DNA of 61,423 nucleotides from a virus. Taxonomy: Duplodnaviria; Caudoviricetes. A program made the position numbers and the translations under genes. Numbering within the stretch: position 1 is the first letter of the stretch; every line of letters begins with the position of its first letter. Location: positions 1 to 61,423 of IMG/VR virus record IMGVR_UViG_3300043410_001140; one strand, given 5' to 3'. Below, in pieces: positions 29,501-38,378 of the stretch. The notes beneath the pieces are model-generated. The model saw only the letters and a program-made list of their open reading frames with translations. It was not told the DNA's origin and did no database searches.

Positions 29501-32500
29501 CGCCAAACGCGAAAAGCCTGCCCGAAAAACTGAGCAAGCCAAAACCGAAGTCAACGCCAACGAAGCCGCGCCGGAAGTAAAAACTCCTGAAGAACAATGG
29601 GCTGCTCTTGCAAAAGAGTTTCCGCCCATGGGCAAGTATGCTGATCTCAGCACCGAAACAAAAACCAAGTGGGATGATCTGGCGCACCGTGGCGTTGCCA
29701 ATTTGGCTGCTGCTACCAAACTGCTGGAAAACCCCCTCGCAAGCCAAAGCACTCCGTTCGAGTCACTTTTGGAATTTGACGATCTGGCCTCCCATGTTGG
29801 TGGGCTAGACCTTGTGCGTGAACAGTTTGGCGAAGCTGGTATTGGCGATGCAGTTGATTTGGTTTCTGACTGGGAACTGACTAACGACAAGTCTGAAGGT
29901 GCTGCCCACGGTTCGCTGCGTGTGGTTCAAGGCCGCTACGTTGGCATGTTGAACATTGCCAAGCTGACAAATGCAGGCTACGCCGCTGAAACAGCGCGCC
30001 ACGAATTGGCTCATGCGATTGATATGGCTCCCCACGGCGGGATTTACTCTGCGCAACCAGAGATGGGTGTGGCTGTCGTCAATGGAACGATCACTCCAGA
30101 AGGCCCTGTGGCCAAAGAGTTGTTCAACTTGTACAAAACTGATGAACAATGGGGCAAATTCCTTGCGTACCCATTCGACACGGCTAAACATGCTGACCTG
30201 AACAACCGCACCAAAGTTCAAGTGGAATTGTTCGCGCAAGCGTTCTCTGTTTACACTACCCCCGAAGGCCGCGCTCGTATGGAGAAAGAAGCTCCAGTTA
30301 CGGCTGCATACTTTAAAGAGGTCATCCAAGATGTCAAATCTGCAAAACCGCTTCAAATCCAAAAGGCAGAAACTGCAGCACGCCGCGCCGCAGTTCTCCA
30401 CACTCGACGTGAATCCAAAGGCAATCGAGGCCCGTCTAAATTTCTTAGCTTCGACCAAAGAGTCGACGAGCTCGTCCTCAACAGCAAAAGCCAACAGTTC
30501 GAAGCAAGCAAGCCAGTAGGCCCATTCTCCAAAGCTGGTTCAGTCTTGGACGAGTTGCTGACTCGCCCGAAAGAGGCTTTGCACAAACTCAAACTCGGGT
30601 TCTTGACCCTTGAGCAGTTGGCCGAGTTGGACAAATCCGAAGCACAAGTCGTTCGCAAATACGCCGATGTGTCTACTGCGATGCAGATGATGTCCAAACG
30701 TTCTGTGGAAAAGGCCGCTCAGATCGACCAGCTGTGGGCTAAGTTGGATGCATCCACCTCTAAGGCGTTGTCCAATGTGATGCGCGCCGCCACTCGTATC
30801 GGGTTTGATCCTGATGTCGAAGACGCGAAAACACTGCCACAAAGCAAAGTCACACCTGAGCTGCTTGCGCTGGTCAATGACTACGAGAAGCTGCCAAACG
30901 CCGCCAAGAACGTGTACCGCCGTGTGCGCGACCACTACGCTGCCAACTATGAAGAACGCAAGTCCATCATGGAAGAAGTCGGCGCCAAGCTGGGCGGCAA
31001 AGCTCTTGAAGAAATCAAGGCGATGTACTCCAAGGTCAAAGGGCCTTACTTCCCGCTGGGTCGTACGGGTAAATACTATGCCGTTGGTATGTCTGCCCGA
31101 GTTGCTGAGTTGATGGACAAACGCGAAGCCGGTGAACTTGACCGTAAAGAAGCCGCCGAGCTGGCCAAATTGCGCCGCAACCCAACACAATACCGCACAA
31201 GTTCTTTCTCAACATTGGCCGAAGCCAAGAAAGCCGCCGAACAGTTTAAGAACCAACTGGGCTATGGCTACCACAATGAAGTCAAAGAGCGCTTGTCCAA
31301 TGCAGCGGCTTCGTTGCCAAACTTTGCCAAGATCGAAGAATATGTGAACTCACAGCTGGGTACTGACGTGCGCGATGAAGTTCGCAACATGTTGACTCAG
31401 ATGATGTTTGACATGCAGCCAGAACACAGTGCCTTGAAACGCCAGATGAAACGCGAAGGTATCTATGGCGAAAACGAAGATATGCGTCAGGTGTTTGCTC
31501 AGACTGCGATCAGCCAAGCACACTACATCAGCCGCCTGAAGTTTGGTGAAGTTTTGAATCAAGCCATGGCTGCCGTTGGCCGTGTGGCTCGTCGTGACAT
31601 TGAAATGCGCCAGATCGAAAACGAGCTGACCATGCGCACCAAGATTTCGATGGACAACACACAAAGCGCTCTGATTGATTCATTGGTCAACGCCAGCTAC
31701 TTTGCCCACCTTGGCTTGTCTCCAGCATTCTTGCTGACCAACTTGACGCAGGTTCCGATGATTACCGCCCCATGGCTGGGCGCTCGTCATGGTTTCGGCG
31801 CGACCAAACGTGCAATGGCTGCTGCGGTGGCTGACACGGCCAAGATCATCAAAACCACTTACGAAGGCGGCGATTGGCGCAGCGAGTTGAACTGGAATTC
31901 CATGTTCGCCGATGGCTCCAATGAAGACCGCATGTTCCGTGAGCTGCTTGACCGCAATGTGCTGGACATTACCATGGAGCATGATTTGGCTGCCGTTGCG
32001 TCTGCCAACCGTGGGTTCTTCGATGACAAGATTGCCTCAGCGTCTAAGGGAAAACTCCAAGGAATGAGCGATGTGGTTCGTCTGGTCAATACGCCTGTGC
32101 GTATCACTGAATTGGCCAACCGCGCCGTGACCGCTTTGTCTGCGTACCGTCTGAAGATGGAAGCCTTGGCTTCGGCTGACATGACACCAGAAGCAAAACA
32201 CACTGCTGCTGTGAACTACGCCGCGCGCGCCGTGTCTGAGACTCAGCTGAACTATTCTGAACTGAATGCCCCACGCCACATGCGTCAGCTCTTTGGCTCT
32301 AAGCCACTGGCCAAAATGGTGTTCCAGTTCCGCAAATATCAACAAGGCATGATGTACTTGGTTGCCAAGAACATTGCTGATGCGCTGCCCAATAGCAAAG
32401 CGTCCGCCGAAGACAAACGTATCGCCCGTAGAACGATTGCGGGTCTGTACGCAACGACTGGTCTGCTGGCTGGTACAACTGGCATGCCTTTGATGGGCAC

Positions 32501-33317
32501 AGTGGGTGTGGCTGGGATTGCAAACCTGATCGCTGCTGCGTTCGGTGAACCTGATGAGCCTTGGGATTTTGAAACTGAGTACCGCAACTTCTTGACTGAC
32601 TGGCTTGGCCACGACATGGCGTTGCTGGTTGCTAAGGGTTTACCCGCAGCTTTGGGTGCTGATGTGTCCAAACGAGTTGGCATGGCTGACATTGCCAATC
32701 CAATTCCATTCGTGCAGCGCGGCAACACTGGTTCTTCTACTGTGGCCAATACGATCTACGCTGGACTTGGCGCGCCTGCAGGCATGATAGGTACGATGTA
32801 CGACGGCCTCGTTGACTTGGCCAACGGTAATGGCCTCAAAGGAATCGAGAAATTGGTTCCCGTCAAAGAGCTCAAGGACGCACTGCGTACGTACCGCTAC
32901 TCCACTGAAGGGCTGACCGACAAGCGCGGAAATGTGGTGTTGCCACCTGAAAAATTTGATGCGTGGGATTTGTCTCTGCGTGGTATGGGCTTTACGCCAA
33001 CCATTGAGTCAGAGTATTACGCCGCGAATGCGGCTATGCAGAACGCGAAACAAGCTGCCACTGATGTGCGCAATGGACTGCTGGCTCGATACGCCCAAGC
33101 TAAAGTTGCTGGCGAAGACACAAGCGAGATTTCGCAAAAAGTTTCGGAGTTTAATGACCGCCACCCCGAACAAGGCGTACGTATTACTATGTCTAATTTG
33201 CTTCAAGCTACCCAAGCTCGACGTAAAATGGGCGCCGAAAGAACAAGTGCTGGCTTGCGTGTCGGCAAGGCTCAAAAACCATTTGCAGGCGAAGCTCGTT
33301 TCGCTGAAACAGAATAA
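26556..33317 (+). CDS. Large internal virion/ejection protein (polyvalent-like: HTH, zincin HExxH, PLxRFG-like)
   Basis: 2253 aa; YSRDDIAELTGLNVKTVEKQL; RHELAHAID...ELFAQ; YFPLGRTG. Confidence 0.82.
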   Translation: MPTLAQLREIVPGSENMSDAQLIQNVAETANLDPVTVAQKFGFNHSDSGITGQQFSSSLDRYQAGLYGVGEAAANAAGATGVGGWLSEQRKENELRADVSAAKAKSLGAVDEWKDVHGLKDFGSYAKGLAVQSAPYAAEALAGGMLARGAMGGTRAALAAAEASNDVKGIADAKRALDIGSTLGGTAASYPSSVGDILGNQREQNGQTNLGAAAALGVPYAALNALGETGMLTRGHLPRNPISMLDNVNGLKGMAARTAAAGGKTALEESLGETGQEVVNQLGRMAVDPNATLTDPQALERYKESAIGGATLGGLMGGGLGGWRRSGSILPDATPGTPAPDQPVSTNDIAQAFNANTDTTPDAIITGLLGRAADPLAGRSTLVGQGASDQTQIPAVAGGTTDVAVQAQQAQAEQQQVQQAQQQQVAREQTFERLGATYNPQGNGELNIFGQAVLGHQQINQFGNLVAAQISQLPAQAHAITDAIVQANQETGGKLVSFKYNGQPISGAKALMNAFAKVATKFQIGHVASPEEAAANLEKLSTTVSGTQLEQLNAIYQALTGKDTSGYIAEQQSKAAKEGAKNGTKQNNAGIREVPVQGGTTETGGAGAGSVRPAEVQPVGAGSVGAGSLGLQVGQPTTSGVRTGTSPSGNSAVSESGGTGQGTGQVNEQATQNGVGGGQVSGQPEQASQANVDQQTVRNGPRVYPVPPQYYATDLSHIQSERRAEILNQLFTTALRPLQERSNTVSAEVRAEIMRLALNEQYSRDDIAELTGLNVKTVEKQLERMHIKLVKVNSEHSEYQVTDPAIAVAVANAAQDFRSPEFPDGLGEAELTALYLSRYEGEETGTHALADELQQEGKPEAKLAEEIHGKENGAAKSMGIVEKGGSQGAVEALATSTFDRVEKLQAQLDTLPEKDPRRAKLAKDIEAQWAAYAKRQTKWATTGEIEVTPTEEGETNAVQEQSANEGNVRKPARGGKKVGEGNAKREKPARKTEQAKTEVNANEAAPEVKTPEEQWAALAKEFPPMGKYADLSTETKTKWDDLAHRGVANLAAATKLLENPLASQSTPFESLLEFDDLASHVGGLDLVREQFGEAGIGDAVDLVSDWELTNDKSEGAAHGSLRVVQGRYVGMLNIAKLTNAGYAAETARHELAHAIDMAPHGGIYSAQPEMGVAVVNGTITPEGPVAKELFNLYKTDEQWGKFLAYPFDTAKHADLNNRTKVQVELFAQAFSVYTTPEGRARMEKEAPVTAAYFKEVIQDVKSAKPLQIQKAETAARRAAVLHTRRESKGNRGPSKFLSFDQRVDELVLNSKSQQFEASKPVGPFSKAGSVLDELLTRPKEALHKLKLGFLTLEQLAELDKSEAQVVRKYADVSTAMQMMSKRSVEKAAQIDQLWAKLDASTSKALSNVMRAATRIGFDPDVEDAKTLPQSKVTPELLALVNDYEKLPNAAKNVYRRVRDHYAANYEERKSIMEEVGAKLGGKALEEIKAMYSKVKGPYFPLGRTGKYYAVGMSARVAELMDKREAGELDRKEAAELAKLRRNPTQYRTSSFSTLAEAKKAAEQFKNQLGYGYHNEVKERLSNAAASLPNFAKIEEYVNSQLGTDVRDEVRNMLTQMMFDMQPEHSALKRQMKREGIYGENEDMRQVFAQTAISQAHYISRLKFGEVLNQAMAAVGRVARRDIEMRQIENELTMRTKISMDNTQSALIDSLVNASYFAHLGLSPAFLLTNLTQVPMITAPWLGARHGFGATKRAMAAAVADTAKIIKTTYEGGDWRSELNWNSMFADGSNEDRMFRELLDRNVLDITMEHDLAAVASANRGFFDDKIASASKGKLQGMSDVVRLVNTPVRITELANRAVTALSAYRLKMEALASADMTPEAKHTAAVNYAARAVSETQLNYSELNAPRHMRQLFGSKPLAKMVFQFRKYQQGMMYLVAKNIADALPNSKASAEDKRIARRTIAGLYATTGLLAGTTGMPLMGTVGVAGIANLIAAAFGEPDEPWDFETEYRNFLTDWLGHDMALLVAKGLPAALGADVSKRVGMADIANPIPFVQRGNTGSSTVANTIYAGLGAPAGMIGTMYDGLVDLANGNGLKGIEKLVPVKELKDALRTYRYSTEGLTDKRGNVVLPPEKFDAWDLSLRGMGFTPTIESEYYAANAAMQNAKQAATDVRNGLLARYAQAKVAGEDTSEISQKVSEFNDRHPEQGVRITMSNLLQATQARRKMGAERTSAGLRVGKAQKPFAGEARFAETE
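28300..28554 (+). CDS. Nested +1-frame ORF A (84 aa)
   Basis: AAGGAG SD 6 nt before ATG; globular-like composition. Confidence 0.5.
   Translation: MEQSKTMPGFEKYQSKAEQLKQAEQELGLYDPLKYNPSEQEVSERDRLASKLDSRQQAEYGQEPVRVEILPYPSLVGRGKGRGK
28555..28737 (+). CDS. Nested +1-frame ORF B (60 aa)
   Basis: ATG immediately after the TAA of ORF A. Confidence 0.35.
   Translation: MSKPPKTVWAGGKYPVNLNKPAKPTWISKLFEMARASTQSHPNTTQPTSATSKANAEQKS
29422..29580 (+). CDS. Nested +1-frame ORF C (52 aa, MPFKSKAQ-type basic protein)
   Basis: AAGGAG SD; MPFKSKAQMREMFANQPEVAKRWAKETP resembles stand-alone small phage proteins (recollection). Confidence 0.6.
   Translation: MPFKSKAQMREMFANQPEVAKRWAKETPNAKSLPEKLSKPKPKSTPTKPRRK
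30331..30519 (+). CDS. Nested +1-frame ORF D (62 aa)
   Basis: GAGGT upstream of ATG; same frame as A-C. Confidence 0.3.
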   Translation: MSNLQNRFKSKRQKLQHAAPQFSTLDVNPKAIEARLNFLASTKESTSSSSTAKANSSKQASQ

Positions 33318-33326
33318 GGACTTGGC

Positions 33327-33572
33327 ATGACAGACGCCATTGAAACCGCTCGTGAACTTGCAACCCACGCTGCTGACATCCGGCACCTGCAAGAAGACAT
33401 GGACAAGCTTGTGGCCAGCATGGCCGCAATGAATAAAACATTGAACGACATCAATACCACCTTGTCTGAAGCCAAAGGCGGGTGGAAAGTTCTCATGATG
33501 TTTGGCGGTGCTGGTGGCGTACTTGGCGCGCTGGTCACTCAGTTGATCCACAGCATCCCTTGGCCTAAATAA
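33327..33572 (+). CDS. Coiled-coil plus C-terminal TM protein (XhlA/holin-accessory-like)
   Basis: AAGGA SD; KGGWKVL followed by hydrophobic helix. Confidence 0.7.
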   Translation: MTDAIETARELATHAADIRHLQEDMDKLVASMAAMNKTLNDINTTLSEAKGGWKVLMMFGGAGGVLGALVTQLIHSIPWPK

Positions 33573-33601
33573 AAAACTCCCCGGTTTTTACGCCGGGGAG
33601 T
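33571..33601 (-). terminator. Intrinsic terminator between convergent arms
   Basis: ACTCCCCGG/CCGGGGAGT stem; A6 on the left gives a U-tract on the minus strand. Confidence 0.8.
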
Positions 33602-33626
33602 AAACCCTCTGGAGAAACCAGTATTA

Positions 33627-36608
33627 CTACTGGCCACCGGATGATACAGCGGCTACCTCTAAATTGGCAACAGTTGCACCACTTGTTTTTTCAGTCGCAC
33701 CTTCCATCGCATTGAAGTCAAAGCAGTAACAAGCACATGCGCCCGTTGACTGCGCCGTGCCGCGACCAAGGTTAAACCGTTCAGGTGCTTTGGACAACCA
33801 CTTGTGTTCCTTGGCGTAGTTCAAAACCTCTTTTGGTTCCATACGGTTTTTGGCGCACCAATCGGTGAACTCTTTCTTGGCAATGAACAGCTTGCCGACC
33901 AGCTTCGGATCAACGGACTCAGCGTTCTTGTTTGGGCTACCGAGGATACGACGGCCTGCCACGATTCCATTCACACGAGACAAAGGTTCTTCCGGTCCGC
34001 GCGCGTCAGTTCGCACATCACGGTAGCCAACAGTCACCAAGATTCGGCTGGATAGCTCCCGCACCATGCGGTTAAGCCCTTCGCCGGGGTCTGTAGTGTT
34101 GCCCTTGGAGACCGCAGCCGTCAGGTCTGTCATCAACTGCACAGTGAAATCGGTCAGTCTGTCGAAGTCAAAGTCAACGATGTTGTGGTCGATCAGGATT
34201 CGAGCCGCCACCAATGTGCAGGTAGCGTGGCTACGGAAAAACCGATACTCAGATTGAGGCATCAACTGGCTCATCTTCTGCTCGATCTTGGCGTACAGGT
34301 CAGCCACTTCTGCTTGGTGAGTCACGATGTACTTCACGAACTCATGGCCAGCATTACCCAAGTTGTCGCGCATCGTGTCAATGGCGTTGGACACTTCCAC
34401 GGCTGGATCAATGATCGGCACGTTGTACGTAGCGAAGTTAATCCCAATCATGCGAACCGCTTCGGCCTGTGTGTTGGCGTTGTGCGATGCAAGTTTGGCA
34501 TGCATGTCTTCGTTGGCGGTCAACCCCACAACAGCTTTCCAAGTGTGCTGCTCAGCAAAGCCAACCTTACCGCCAGCAGATGTGAGGCGCGCGCGGTCAG
34601 TACCCTGCGATGTGGTGTACGCCATAGAAGAAACTTCCGCAGCGTCCATGTCAGTCATTTCATCAAACACCACTGGAATGTTTTTGTGAGCACCAACGAT
34701 AGCCCAACGAGCGTTACGAGTCGCACCTTCCTTACCAGCAAAGATCATTTTGTTGGCGTCACAAAGCCCATACAGCGCGGCTCTCCAAACAGAGGTTTTG
34801 CCTTTGCCTGAACTACCGGAGTTGACTGCGACTAAGGCGCCGTTGTAACTGTCTTCGCCGAAAGGGGTGATGAGGGAGCCATACACGCTACAGAAGACGT
34901 ACTGCGCAGCTTGGCTATTTTCTCGGTTGTAGATGTAATTGACAGCAGCACTGTAATCAGCAAGACGCCCGCGAGGCTCAGGATAGGCAGCACGATGGTC
35001 AGCAGCAGCACCACCAATAAAGACTTTTCTGATTGATCCATCTTTGTGATACAGCCTGTCGCCAAGCAGTACTCCGCTCATGTTGTCACGCCAGCCAAAC
35101 GCAGTAAGCGTATCAGTCTCACGTTGTTCGGCCATGAGTTTGCGAATCGAGTCTCGCAAATATGCAGTCATGTGCATAGTGGAATCCTTGTTGTTAGACG
35201 GCATCAGCTCGTACTTAGACAACGCTTTGAGCATATCAGAAGGTGACGCCAGCGCGGACATATCTACTTCGAAATCCCGAACCCGTTGGTCGGGTAAGTG
35301 CATACGAATCGTGAATGCAAATGCACCATCAGACTTCTTGATCCGTTGGATTGGGTAGAACAAGTTGTGGCAAAACGTGTATGGCTGAAGCACACCATCT
35401 TTGTCTTTGATGAAACGAATCATGCGCTCGGATTGGTACTCATACCCTTCCGGCATTGGTGGCACAATCGTTTCCAACTTGGCTTCTGGTACGGCCTCAT
35501 CGACAACTTCGACTACTGCTTCTGCGGGTTCTGGCAAACATCGTCCCAGCACGATTGGTGTTTTGATATTTCCAGAATGGGTACATCCTTCACAGGCGGA
35601 CGGATTGCAGCCCTGAAAGTGTGAACACAAAGTAGGACCAGCGTTCCAAGAATCAAAACGCACCCTAACATCTGTGTTACTGTGGCCAGTAGCTCCTCTA
35701 CGTGCGCTCCAGTTTTCAGCGAGTTCATAACCCTCGACACAGTGCTTGATGATTCCAATGACTCCACGCCACGTTTCATAATCTACGTCCCCCTGTGTGT
35801 CACGCATGATGCGTACTTGGTTGCAATGGTTCGCCACTTCTTCAGCTGACGAGTCGATTTGCGGACCAAGATGCGCCGTAAGGTCGTCATTGATACTGGG
35901 CGCTTGGGAAATCCGGGCTGGGATGACCTCATACTTTGCAACTGCAGCTTGAACAGCAGTGTGGAATGCTTCAGGTGTGATTGGTTTGGTTTCACGTACA
36001 ACCTTTACTTGTCTTGGGTCACGTCCGGGTTTTCGGTTCGTCGATCCAACTGGCCGGAGAACAGACGATAAATCTGCAGTCCGAGTAGGGTCAACAATAA
36101 GTCCAGCGCCAGCGAGAGCTGCTTTAAAACTACTTGCAATGGTTCGCCAAGAGTTTGGACCCACTGTTCTCGTAAGTGGCCAATAGCAGTGGATACCACC
36201 ACCACTATCAACAAGCATAGGGTCAGGGAGATTGTTAGCTCTGCAGAATCCGATGATCGCTGCTGCGGCATCTTTCTTGGTTGCATAGCCTTTACCCTCT
36301 AGGGCTTTGGTTTCACCGCAATCAATATCAGCCCAAAAGGACTTGGCTTTAAACCAGTTTTGCTGACCACGGTATTTTGTTTTTTCGACACCATCAACCT
36401 CAACGGTGAACGATGGTTCTTTGTAAGCAGCGCATGCGTGGTAGACGGTTAAGTTAGTTTGCTTGTCGTATGAAGCAATGGCCTCAGCCATTAACTCCAA
36501 TGATTCATATGCCTTGTGGGCAATGCCAGACGATCCGGCGCGACTTAGACCAACATACTTGTACCCATCTTCCGGCAAGATTGTTTTCAGGAAGGTGAGC
36601 GTGTCCAT
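33627..36608 (-). CDS. Primase-helicase (AEP/RepB-like primase, PriCT-like, DUF927-type P-loop)
   Basis: WADID, DSGGGIHCYW, VLRPVG, Cys cluster, GSSGKGKT, VVFDE. Confidence 0.88.
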   Translation of the reverse strand: MDTLTFLKTILPEDGYKYVGLSRAGSSGIAHKAYESLELMAEAIASYDKQTNLTVYHACAAYKEPSFTVEVDGVEKTKYRGQQNWFKAKSFWADIDCGETKALEGKGYATKKDAAAAIIGFCRANNLPDPMLVDSGGGIHCYWPLTRTVGPNSWRTIASSFKAALAGAGLIVDPTRTADLSSVLRPVGSTNRKPGRDPRQVKVVRETKPITPEAFHTAVQAAVAKYEVIPARISQAPSINDDLTAHLGPQIDSSAEEVANHCNQVRIMRDTQGDVDYETWRGVIGIIKHCVEGYELAENWSARRGATGHSNTDVRVRFDSWNAGPTLCSHFQGCNPSACEGCTHSGNIKTPIVLGRCLPEPAEAVVEVVDEAVPEAKLETIVPPMPEGYEYQSERMIRFIKDKDGVLQPYTFCHNLFYPIQRIKKSDGAFAFTIRMHLPDQRVRDFEVDMSALASPSDMLKALSKYELMPSNNKDSTMHMTAYLRDSIRKLMAEQRETDTLTAFGWRDNMSGVLLGDRLYHKDGSIRKVFIGGAAADHRAAYPEPRGRLADYSAAVNYIYNRENSQAAQYVFCSVYGSLITPFGEDSYNGALVAVNSGSSGKGKTSVWRAALYGLCDANKMIFAGKEGATRNARWAIVGAHKNIPVVFDEMTDMDAAEVSSMAYTTSQGTDRARLTSAGGKVGFAEQHTWKAVVGLTANEDMHAKLASHNANTQAEAVRMIGINFATYNVPIIDPAVEVSNAIDTMRDNLGNAGHEFVKYIVTHQAEVADLYAKIEQKMSQLMPQSEYRFFRSHATCTLVAARILIDHNIVDFDFDRLTDFTVQLMTDLTAAVSKGNTTDPGEGLNRMVRELSSRILVTVGYRDVRTDARGPEEPLSRVNGIVAGRRILGSPNKNAESVDPKLVGKLFIAKKEFTDWCAKNRMEPKEVLNYAKEHKWLSKAPERFNLGRGTAQSTGACACYCFDFNAMEGATEKTSGATVANLEVAAVSSGGQ

Positions 36609-36610
36609 GA

Positions 36611-36862
36611 TTAAGCCTGCGCGATGATTGATTTTCCTGTGGCGTGGGCGCCGATAGTAATGGTGCGATCAATGTGCGCCATAGCAACCTTGACGAGTTC
36701 CCCCGCTTGCACGTTTGTGTCAGCTGCTTCGACAATCACACGAGCCAACAGTTCTGCCAAACCGATGATGATTTCTCCATGGTTGAAATCTTTGTTGCTG
36801 AGTGCGAGGTTCGCTTCGACTACGACACCTGCGACTTTGCGTTGGTCAAGTTGGTAAGACAT
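36611..36862 (-). CDS. Hypothetical protein
   Basis: GGAG SD; coupled to primase. Confidence 0.75.
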   Translation of the reverse strand: MSYQLDQRKVAGVVVEANLALSNKDFNHGEIIIGLAELLARVIVEAADTNVQAGELVKVAMAHIDRTITIGAHATGKSIIAQA

Positions 36863-36903
36863 TGTTTCTCCAGAAAATGAAAGCCCCGAAGGGCTGGAAA
36901 GAA

Positions 36904-36979
36904 TAGGGTACTCGCTAGCTCCACAGGTCCGACTGGATACGGTGCGTCAGGAGCGTTGACACTTTTTAGCTTTCCCCTA
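36904..36979 (-). ncRNA. Candidate structured RNA (loop-E-like internal loop plus pseudoknot)
   Basis: UAGGG/CCCUA, GAAA x GAGUA, GCUA/UAGC, GUGUCA/UGACGC, GCUCC/GGAGC. Confidence 0.45.
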
Positions 36980-36985
36980 AAAAAC

Positions 36986-37915
36986 TTAGTCGTCGAAGTT
37001 CAAGTCGTCGAGATTCAAACCGCCAACATCCACTGTGGTGTCCACGGGAGCTGGCTTGGGTTCTGCTGCTTTGGCTGCTTTGGGTTTGGCAGCGGCTTTC
37101 TCTGCAACGGGTTCAGCCTTCTTGACTTCCACAACTGGCAGGTCTTGTTCTGGTTCTGCCTCAGCTTGAGCTTCAGCTTGTGCAACAGCCATGCCTTCTG
37201 TACCAAGAATGGACTGCACCACGTCAGACGCGATGACTTCTTGGACTTGTGCGTACGCTGTATCGCTCAACAAGCCAGTGGGTTTGAATGTCAGTTTGGG
37301 AGTTGGAGACTCCATATCGAAACCGATACGGGTAACTACCATGTTGTAGCCGACGCCGCGCTTGCCGAGCATCTTGCCGTATTCGCCAAGGGACTTGATT
37401 GATGCTGGTGGAACACGCAACAGGTATGGATCGTTGATCAGATCAGGAGTTGCAATGGCCATACGCACAGAGTCTTGGCATGCTTTACCTTTGCTGCCGT
37501 TGTCACTGACTTTACTGCCCCATTGGTTATGTGGGCACACAGCGCAGGACTTGGCTTGAGGCTCAGCCACAGACGCATCTGGTTTGTCGCCAGTGTTAGA
37601 GAAGCAGTCAGGCTTAACAGCCTCAGCACCTTCTTGGTAGCCCTTGATGTAGAACACTTTGGATGTGCCCTTGTTGGCTTTGACCATGACCACTTCGATT
37701 GAAGGCACTGCGATCATTTCGCCGTCCACTTCTTTGGTCAACACGGTGCGTTCGCCGTCACGAATGACAGAAAAGTTTTTGCCCTTGATGGACATAACAG
37801 GGAAACCTGCACCTGCGTGGGCGGTCAAGTCATCGTTGATGCCTTCACGTTTGGCTTGTTTCAAATAGGCTGGCAGATTGCCAGAGGCGGTATCGAATGG
37901 GATGATATTGCTCAT
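36986..37915 (-). CDS. Putative ssDNA-binding protein
   Basis: PDC.S, C..CP.NQWGS, GKAC, LRVPPAS; acidic DDLNFDD C-terminus. Confidence 0.72.
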   Translation of the reverse strand: MSNIIPFDTASGNLPAYLKQAKREGINDDLTAHAGAGFPVMSIKGKNFSVIRDGERTVLTKEVDGEMIAVPSIEVVMVKANKGTSKVFYIKGYQEGAEAVKPDCFSNTGDKPDASVAEPQAKSCAVCPHNQWGSKVSDNGSKGKACQDSVRMAIATPDLINDPYLLRVPPASIKSLGEYGKMLGKRGVGYNMVVTRIGFDMESPTPKLTFKPTGLLSDTAYAQVQEVIASDVVQSILGTEGMAVAQAEAQAEAEPEQDLPVVEVKKAEPVAEKAAAKPKAAKAAEPKPAPVDTTVDVGGLNLDDLNFDD

Positions 37916-37939
37916 CTTTTTCTCCAATGGTTGAGGGGA

Positions 37940-38320
37940 TTACGAACGTCGAATGTTTACAACGCGCTCACTGCGGTAATTGACACCGGGTGGTACGTCG
38001 TCGTGCTCTGCTTTGTACTGTTCTACGCCAGTCTTAGAGACACGTTTTTCCAGCAAGTGCCAAGCTTCGTTGGCCAACACATACGACATGAATGCGTCAG
38101 GGTCAGCAATCGAAGAACTGGTACGAGTAGAAGTATAGGCGGTGCCGAACTCGGTTTTGACCGAATCCATACCAGATTGCTCAAATGTTTTGAGCAGCGC
38201 CGATTCAATTTGATCCAATACTGAATCCAATTTCTCTACTTTGGCGTCATACTCAGCTTTGAACTGAGCTTTTTTATCACGTAGCTCAATGTATTTGGCT
38301 ACAAGTTCTGAGAGTTTCAT
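37940..38320 (-). CDS. Coiled-coil replication-module protein (Gp157/Gam-like)
   Basis: YIELRD, SVKT.FGT, LLEKRV and PPGV motifs. Confidence 0.55.
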   Translation of the reverse strand: MKLSELVAKYIELRDKKAQFKAEYDAKVEKLDSVLDQIESALLKTFEQSGMDSVKTEFGTAYTSTRTSSSIADPDAFMSYVLANEAWHLLEKRVSKTGVEQYKAEHDDVPPGVNYRSERVVNIRRS

Positions 38321-38378
38321 TGTTTGCTCCGAGGGGTGCGAAGGTTACCATCAAATAAGTGAGTTGGGCTAGTGGTTT

